DNA from: an uncultured Planctomycetaceae bacterium
GTDB taxonomy: Bacteria; Planctomycetota; Planctomycetia; Isosphaerales; Isosphaeraceae
Length of the DNA stretch: 64,000 nt
NCBI GenBank assembly: GCA_963833985.1
Contig: CAWIAD010000002.1
Coordinates: forward strand, 5,792,001-5,856,000
Direction of reading: 5' to 3'
In this document: one piece after another, positions 58,153 through 64,000 of the stretch
How the letters are laid out: every line of letters starts with the position of its first letter
How positions within the stretch are numbered: position 1 is the stretch's first letter
The notes under the pieces: generated by a model
What the model was told of the DNA's origin: nothing
The model's input: the letters and a program-made list of their open reading frames with translations, nothing else
The model's database searches: none
Position numbers and translations under genes: made by a program

Positions 58153-59238
58153 ATGTCCAAGATGCTTCTCGAGTTCCTGGTCGCAGCGCTCCTGTCGACC
58201 GTCGCCGGAGTCGTCTATTTCATGTTTTTTGACAACTTCATGGACCTCCAGAGTGCGGACGCCGCGCAGGTGTATCGGAAGAAAGCCCGAGAACGTTTGG
58301 CCCCGGAACCGGTCCAGCCCCGGGTGGGTCCCCGGCGGGGCATCCTGGGAGCTCAGCCGGCAAGGTCCAAGGTGGCGTCCGGCGACGATGAGCATTTTCT
58401 GAACCACGGCGGCCGTCAGCGCCGCTTCGTCGTACACCTGCCCAGAGGCTACGACGGCTCGAAAGTCCTGCCCGTGGTGCTCGCTTTCCATGGCGGGGGC
58501 GGCCGTGGCGAGTCCATCCAGCGGCAAAGCCAGCTCAGCCGCGTCTCTGATCAGCACGGCTTCATGGCGGTCTATCCGGACGGCACCGGACGGGCCAACC
58601 TGCTTACCTGGAACGCGGGGACCTGCTGCGGCCTTGCGGTCCGCCAGAACGTCGACGACGTCGGCTTCGTGCGGGCCATGGTCGATGAGCTGAACCGGCT
58701 TTACCACATTGATCGCAATCGCATCTTCGCGACGGGCATCAGCAACGGCGCCATGTTCTGCTACCGACTCGCGTGCGAGGCGTCTGACCTGCTCGCAGGC
58801 ATTGGCCCGGTTTCCGGAGACCAGGGTGTCGAAGGCCCGCGTCCGTCCCGCCCCGTCCCGATCGTTCACTTTCACGGGCTGAAAGACCCCAACTGCCCCT
58901 ACCTGGGCGGAGTGGGTCCCAACGCGGTGACCAAGGTCTGGCACCGTCCGATCCCGGAGACCATCGCTTTCTGGGTTCAGGCGAACCATTGCCAGCCCAA
59001 GCCGACGGTTTCCGCTGAGCCTGATTTCACCAAGGAGTCCTACAGTCCCGCGCCCGGACAGAAGGGCAGCCCGATCGTGCTCTACAAGCTGACCGAAGGC
59101 GGGCATACCTGGCCTGGCGGCGTCGATCTCACTCCCCGCCTGGGTACCGGCAAGCTGATCGCGAGCGTCGACGCCAGTACGCTCATGTGGAAATTCTTCG
59201 AATCCCTGCCTCCCCGCGAGGCCCTGGCGGCCCAGTGA
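58153..59238 (+). CDS. Membrane-anchored alpha/beta-hydrolase (PHB depolymerase/LpqC-type esterase)
   Basis: N-terminal transmembrane helix; LAFHGGGG, WNAGTCCG, DDVGF, GISNGA (nucleophile elbow), HGLKD, GGHTWPG. Confidence 0.88.
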   Translation: MSKMLLEFLVAALLSTVAGVVYFMFFDNFMDLQSADAAQVYRKKARERLAPEPVQPRVGPRRGILGAQPARSKVASGDDEHFLNHGGRQRRFVVHLPRGYDGSKVLPVVLAFHGGGGRGESIQRQSQLSRVSDQHGFMAVYPDGTGRANLLTWNAGTCCGLAVRQNVDDVGFVRAMVDELNRLYHIDRNRIFATGISNGAMFCYRLACEASDLLAGIGPVSGDQGVEGPRPSRPVPIVHFHGLKDPNCPYLGGVGPNAVTKVWHRPIPETIAFWVQANHCQPKPTVSAEPDFTKESYSPAPGQKGSPIVLYKLTEGGHTWPGGVDLTPRLGTGKLIASVDASTLMWKFFESLPPREALAAQ

Positions 59239-59303
59239 GCAGCCGACCCTCGGCAAGCCGGCGCCAAGCTATCCCTGGTCCAGCGAGTGAAAGGCTCAGG
59301 TCC

Positions 59304-59885
59304 ATGACCCCGACGAACAACGAGCGGATCACAATTGTCTCCGGATTGCCCCGGTCGGGCACCTCCATGATGATGCGGATGCTTGAAGCCGGGGGAATTG
59401 CTCCGCTCGTGGACGCGGTCCGCGGCGCCGACGCGGACAATCCCAACGGCTACTACGAGTTCGAGCCGGTGCTCAAGCTGGAACGTGATTCGTCCTGGGT
59501 TCCCCAGGCGGCCGGCAAGTCGGTGAAGATCGTTTACCGACTGCTCTATCACCTCCCCGCAGCGTTTCATTACGACGTCATCTTCATGAAACGCGAGCTC
59601 AGAGAGGTGATTGCCTCGCAGGAGGTGATGCTCCAGAGGAAGGGGAAGATCTCCGGCGGCATCAGCGAGGAGAAGCTTGCCGAACTGTTCACCAAGGAGC
59701 TCAACCAGTTTTACAAGTGGATCGGCGAGCAATCCAACTTCCGCATGCTGCCGGTGAACTACAAGGAAGTCATCGACGAGCCTGCGAGAACGGCCTCTGA
59801 AGTCTGCCGCTTCCTCGACAAAGAACTCGATCAGGCCGCCATGGCCCGGGTTTGTGAACCGTCGCTGTACCGCCAGCGCCGCTAG
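59304..59885 (+). CDS. Sulfotransferase-like P-loop protein
   Basis: IVSGLPRSGTSMMMRML (PAPS-binding loop), DNPNGYYE, MKRELREVIASQ. Confidence 0.8.
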   Translation: MTPTNNERITIVSGLPRSGTSMMMRMLEAGGIAPLVDAVRGADADNPNGYYEFEPVLKLERDSSWVPQAAGKSVKIVYRLLYHLPAAFHYDVIFMKRELREVIASQEVMLQRKGKISGGISEEKLAELFTKELNQFYKWIGEQSNFRMLPVNYKEVIDEPARTASEVCRFLDKELDQAAMARVCEPSLYRQRR

Positions 59886-60012
59886 ACCGGGCCGTGTCTC
59901 GGTGCTGCGATGACTGGTTGCCGGTGATTCGTTTCCGACCCGCTTGTTGTGGAAAGCCACCGCAAAGTACAATGAACTTTTTGACACTTTTCCAAGCAAT
60001 GGCTGCAAGATC

Positions 60013-61408
60013 ATGATCCAGGTGAACGGAAATGGCCGCAGCAGTACGAGCCCCGGGGGCCGCGACAACGGCTCGAAGAGTGGGTCCGACTTGCTGCCCT
60101 CCTTCGCTCCGGTGATCAAGGATTTTGGTCAGTCGACGGCGGGCCACGTGACGCTGGCGAAGAGCCTTTATCTTCGCGGCCGACATCAGGAAGCGCTGGC
60201 GGCGCTCGAGTCGGCACTATGCGAGAACCCTGAGCTGGCCCAGGCGCACTTGCTGAAGGGCCTGGTCCTGGCGCAGCGGGCCGAATTCGAACGGGCCACG
60301 GAAAGCCTCACCTACGCAACCCGGCTGGACGAGTCGTCAGCCGACGCGTGGATGGGCCTGGCGTATGTCCGGCTCGAGCTCGAGCGGCTCGAGCCAGCGC
60401 TTGCGGCGGTCGTCCGGTCGGTCGCTCTTGACGAGAACAATGCGAACGCCCTGCTGCTACAGGGAAACATCCTGGCGGCGCTGGACGCGCCGTGGCGAAG
60501 CCATCGCCGCCTACCGCCGCGCCGTACGAGCCAATCCCCAGCTCTCCGTGGCTCGCTACAAGCTTGCGAACCTGCTGGCGGAGGCGGGCGAGAGCGATGA
60601 GGCCATCCGCCAGGCCATGGTGGCGCTGCGGCTCAATCCGGTGAGCAGCAACACGCGGCTGACTCTGGGCAATCTCTACCACCAGCTCGGACGCCTCGAC
60701 GACGCTCTCCAGGAGTTCAGGGCGGCCGCGCAGCTCGGGCAACTTGCTCCCCAGCAGGCACTCGGATACGAGAAGATGGGTCGGGTGTTCCAGGAAATGG
60801 GAGAGAAGGCCGGCGCCATGGCGATGTTCCAGACATCGCTACGGCTCAATCCCAAGGCCATCTTCTGCTATTTACACCTGGCGCGAATTCACCGCGGCGA
60901 CGGGCGCCTGGCCGAGGCACTGGAAATGTCGCAAGCGGCCGTCCAGCTCGATCCCCGCTTTCCTGAAGCCGTCACCTTGCTGGCCGAGCTTCGTGGGCTC
61001 TGCGGGGAGAACCCGCCGGCGTTGACTCACGCGCCCTTCGGGAGCGCTCGTTCCACCAACGGCCACGCCAGGCACTTGCCGGCAAACGGTGTGGCTCACG
61101 CCTTTGCGCCCCTCTCCGATCTGGCTGACGGCCCTGCCGTGGAATGCGCCGTTGTGGGCGAAGCTGAGGCGGATCTTGGCACTTACTCATGCACGACAGA
61201 CTCGGGGCTGACCTGCTCGGTCCATCCATTTTGTGTCACCATCGCGCCCCGCCCATCGAGCCATGTCAACTCGACGGTGGAACGAGATTGCGACTTCCCC
61301 GCAAATATCTCCCTGGTGGCGGCATGCGAGGGTGGCCCTGAACATGCAGCAAATCTCTACCGTGGCCAGACGAGCGGACAGGGGAACTGTCCCGCCCGGC
61401 CCGTTTGA
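60013..61408 (+). CDS. TPR-repeat protein with a Cys-rich C-terminal tail; frameshift at ~60490
   Basis: Successive TPR units (EALAALESALCENPELAQAHLLKG, AMFQTSLRLNP, AVQLDPRFPEA). Confidence 0.85.
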
Positions 61409-61496
61409 GCACGAACGCGTCGTCGTAAGCGCTTCCAGGTCAGCGGACGTCTCCTGAATCCCGGATTGTTCGCAGCGGAGTTCCAGCGCTCATCCC

Positions 61497-63843
61497 ATGG
61501 CAAGCACAACCATCGATCGACCCAGGCTTCGCCCCGGACTGGAGATCTTGCGGATCGGTCCGCGAGAATTCGTCCTCCGCGACCGCCAGAGCGGTGCTCG
61601 GCTCCATGTGGGCGCCGAGGAGCGATACCTGCTGCACCTGATCGAGAGGTCACCGTCGCTGGATGCGATCTGCCGGGCCTTCGAGGCGAGATTTCACCGT
61701 CCGCTCGCCGCCCGCCATGTCCTTGAGTTCTGGGAGCAACTGCACCATCTTGGCCTCACGGACCTGGGCCCAGCGGCGAGTGAACGGGCAGGGCAACCAG
61801 GTCCGCCAGGCGCCGTCGAGCCGCTGCCGGCGCCGTCGGCTCCCCGCCCTCTCTCGAGTCAAGATCCGCATGCGAATCTGAACCTGCTCTTCGACCTGCT
61901 CGTCATGCTTTTCGGCTGGGTCTTCCATCCCATCTGGCTGGTGCCTGTGGTGACGGCAGCCGGGGCGGCGTCGATTGCACTGTACCTGAACTGGGACCGT
62001 TACGCTGGCGAGTTCACTTACGCCTTCCAGGTGGTCCCCAAGCTGCCGTTGCTCGTGTTCGAACTGGTCCAGACCATCGTTCTGGTCAGCTTCACCCGGA
62101 CCGTGCTGATGGCGATGGTTTGCCGCCGCTTCGGCGGCAGGATCACCCGGTTTGGATTCCGGCTCCTCGGCTACGTGGTGCCCACCTTCTACATCGAAAG
62201 CAACCTGTTCGAGGTGCTCACCGACGACCGCGGCAAGTGGACCTGGCTGGGCATCGACTTCTGGACGCGCATCAGCATTGGCTCGCTTGGCATCCTGGCC
62301 ATGTCGGCGAGTCGCCCCTACTCATTCCAGGCCCTGTTCTGGGCGGGGCTGATTGCCCCCTGTCTACTCGGTTTATTTTATCATATTATCATTTTTTATG
62401 AGCAAAGCAGTAGCTACTGGCTCTTGAGTTTCTACGCTGGAGACTACAACCTTCGGCCGCGCGCACTGGCCGAGACGCAGGCCTGGCTGGCCGGGAGAAC
62501 GTCGCCCGAGGCGCTCACCGAGAACGAGCGGTACTGGTTTCGCGCCTTCGGCCTGGGATTCTACGCGTATCGGGTGATTGTCGATACGCTCATATGGCTG
62601 TACCTCGGCCACTGGCTGATCACGAAGTACGAGAGAATCGGCGCACTGATCCTTGTCGCCGGAATCATCTGGGCCTACCGGGAGTCGATCAGGAGAGCAT
62701 TCATGAGCATCGAGAACTTCAGATGGTATGTGCGCACCGGCGGCAAGTGGCAGTTGCGCTGGGCAGCGCGGAGCGCTCCTGGCGGCCGTCGTGTGCCTTG
62801 GCTACATGCCCTGGGATTACGAGATCGTCGGCGAGTGCCGCGTCTTCCCGTCGGAGCAGTCTGGCGTGCGGGTGCGGCTTGAGGACGAGATCCAGTCGGT
62901 GTACGTTTCCGAGGGCGACCATGTCGAGGTCGGGACCGTGATCGCCAGGTTGAAAGGGGTCAAGGCGCGGTCCGACGTGAAGGTCCTGGAGGCGAAGCTG
63001 GCAGCCGCCAGGGCGAACCTGGACATGTACCGTAACGGGTACCGCCCCGAGGACATCAAGCTGGCCGCGGAACAAGTGGAGATTGACAGGCTCCAGTACG
63101 ATTTCGCCCTCAAGGACTGGGCCAGGACCGTGGATCTGGAGCGGAAGAACTGGGTGAGCGCCAAGGAGTCGGACCAGAAGATCCTCGCCCTGGGGGTTGC
63201 CCGCGAGACCCTGGTCGAGGGCAAGGAGAACTACTCCAAGTACCAGAAGGGCTACCGTGAGGAGGAGGTCCGCCAGGCGGAGGCCGACTACAAGAGCGTC
63301 GAGGAACAGCTCGACTACGCCCGGCATATGCTGTCGTGCACGCAGGTGGTCAGCCCGCTCAGGGGCCAGGTCGTCTCGGCCTACATGAAGGAGAAGGTCG
63401 GCCAGCCGACCAATGTCGGCGATCTCGTCGCCGTCATCGCCAACCCCGACAAGCTGTGCGCCGAGGTCGCCGCCGACGATGCAGCCGCGCTCACCGTGAA
63501 AGTGGGAATGCCGGTGAAGATCCGCCTTTACGGCACCTATGGAAGACTGATGACAGGCAAGGTCCGCAGGACGGCTCCCGCCGTGGAGCGGTACGGCAAG
63601 TTCGGCAATTCATCGGTTCGCAACGATCCCGAAACGAGCGCCGAGGAAGCGGCCAACTACAGGTATCGCAACCCTTATTACCACATGCGCGTCTATGTGG
63701 ATATGGATGAGATCCCCGACGGCTTGACCACCGAGATGACCGGCTACGCGCGCATCTTCGTCCAGGAAGACGTGCTCTGGCGAGCGCTCGCGCGACCCAT
63801 CGCGAAATTCCTTCAGACCGAGGTTTGGTCGTGGCTCCCCTGA
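61497..63843 (+). CDS. Fusion of a PqqD/winged-helix-like N-domain, a peptidase M50-like membrane domain lacking catalytic motifs, and a HlyD/membrane-fusion domain; frameshift at ~62770
   Basis: RPRLRPGLEI...FVLRDRQSG...EARF...FWEQLHHLGL; VCRRFGGRITRFGFRLLGYVVPTFY; HlyD: VYVSEGDHVEVGTVIARL, coiled coil, VVSPLRGQV, EMTGYARI. Confidence 0.8.
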
Positions 63844-64000
63844 GCCTCTGATCGGCCGTGGCGAAGCTCTGGCACGCCCGCCGGGCGCATCCGCCCGACT
63901 GGCGTGCCGATGGAAGACCCTGCCCTGCTGCGACACGCTCATCTCCGCCTGATCGCACCACGTGCATGCGAGCAGGTTACTTCGCTTTCCCGTGGTGCGA

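Noticed and set aside
34495..62775. Programmed ribosomal frameshifting in the operon
   Set aside because: No consistent slippery heptamers, and similar breaks occur in unrelated genes across the window
61408..64000. RiPP cluster suggested by the PqqD-like domain
   Set aside because: No convincing precursor peptide, YcaO, radical SAM or lanthipeptide enzyme in the window
1..64000. tRNA, rRNA, integrase or transposase genes
   Set aside because: None recognisable by eye; a tRNAscan/Infernal/ISEScan run would be needed to exclude them formally

Overview
GC-rich bacterial DNA that is almost certainly planctomycetal (Isosphaeraceae-like), judged from the DUF1559 prepilin-type protein, the DUF1501 plus PSCyt/DUF1549/DUF1553 pair, an ECF sigma factor with a long C-terminal extension, and a TPR Ser/Thr kinase. 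About twenty single-base indels split otherwise intact genes, which points to long-read assembly error; genes are reported here as rejoined. The left half (1-33.4 kb) is mixed housekeeping and accessory DNA: a Met-zincin protease, YbhB, a cysteine desulfurase-like protein, endonuclease III, a FitAB/VapBC toxin-antitoxin pair with its operator, a GH106 rhamnosidase, an orphan Imm53, several gene remnants and a PLP decarboxylase. The right half (34.3-63.8 kb) is one co-oriented ~29.5 kb biosynthetic operon behind a long, partly structured leader. It encodes a Pfa/HglE-like iterative PKS (pseudoER-ER-KS-AT-ACPx3-KR-DH), an ACP-less PKS (KS-AT-DH-PPTase), a free ACP, two alkaline-phosphatase-superfamily paralogues, a beta-propeller/methyltransferase fusion, a second methyltransferase, a tandem SDR, a membrane-anchored esterase, a sulfotransferase-like protein, a TPR protein, and a PqqD-like/M50-like/HlyD fusion lacking the M50 catalytic motifs. 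This operon, probably making an exported phosphorylated or sulfated polyketide lipid, is the best candidate for an undescribed system. Family assignments come from motifs recognised by eye; no database searches were run.
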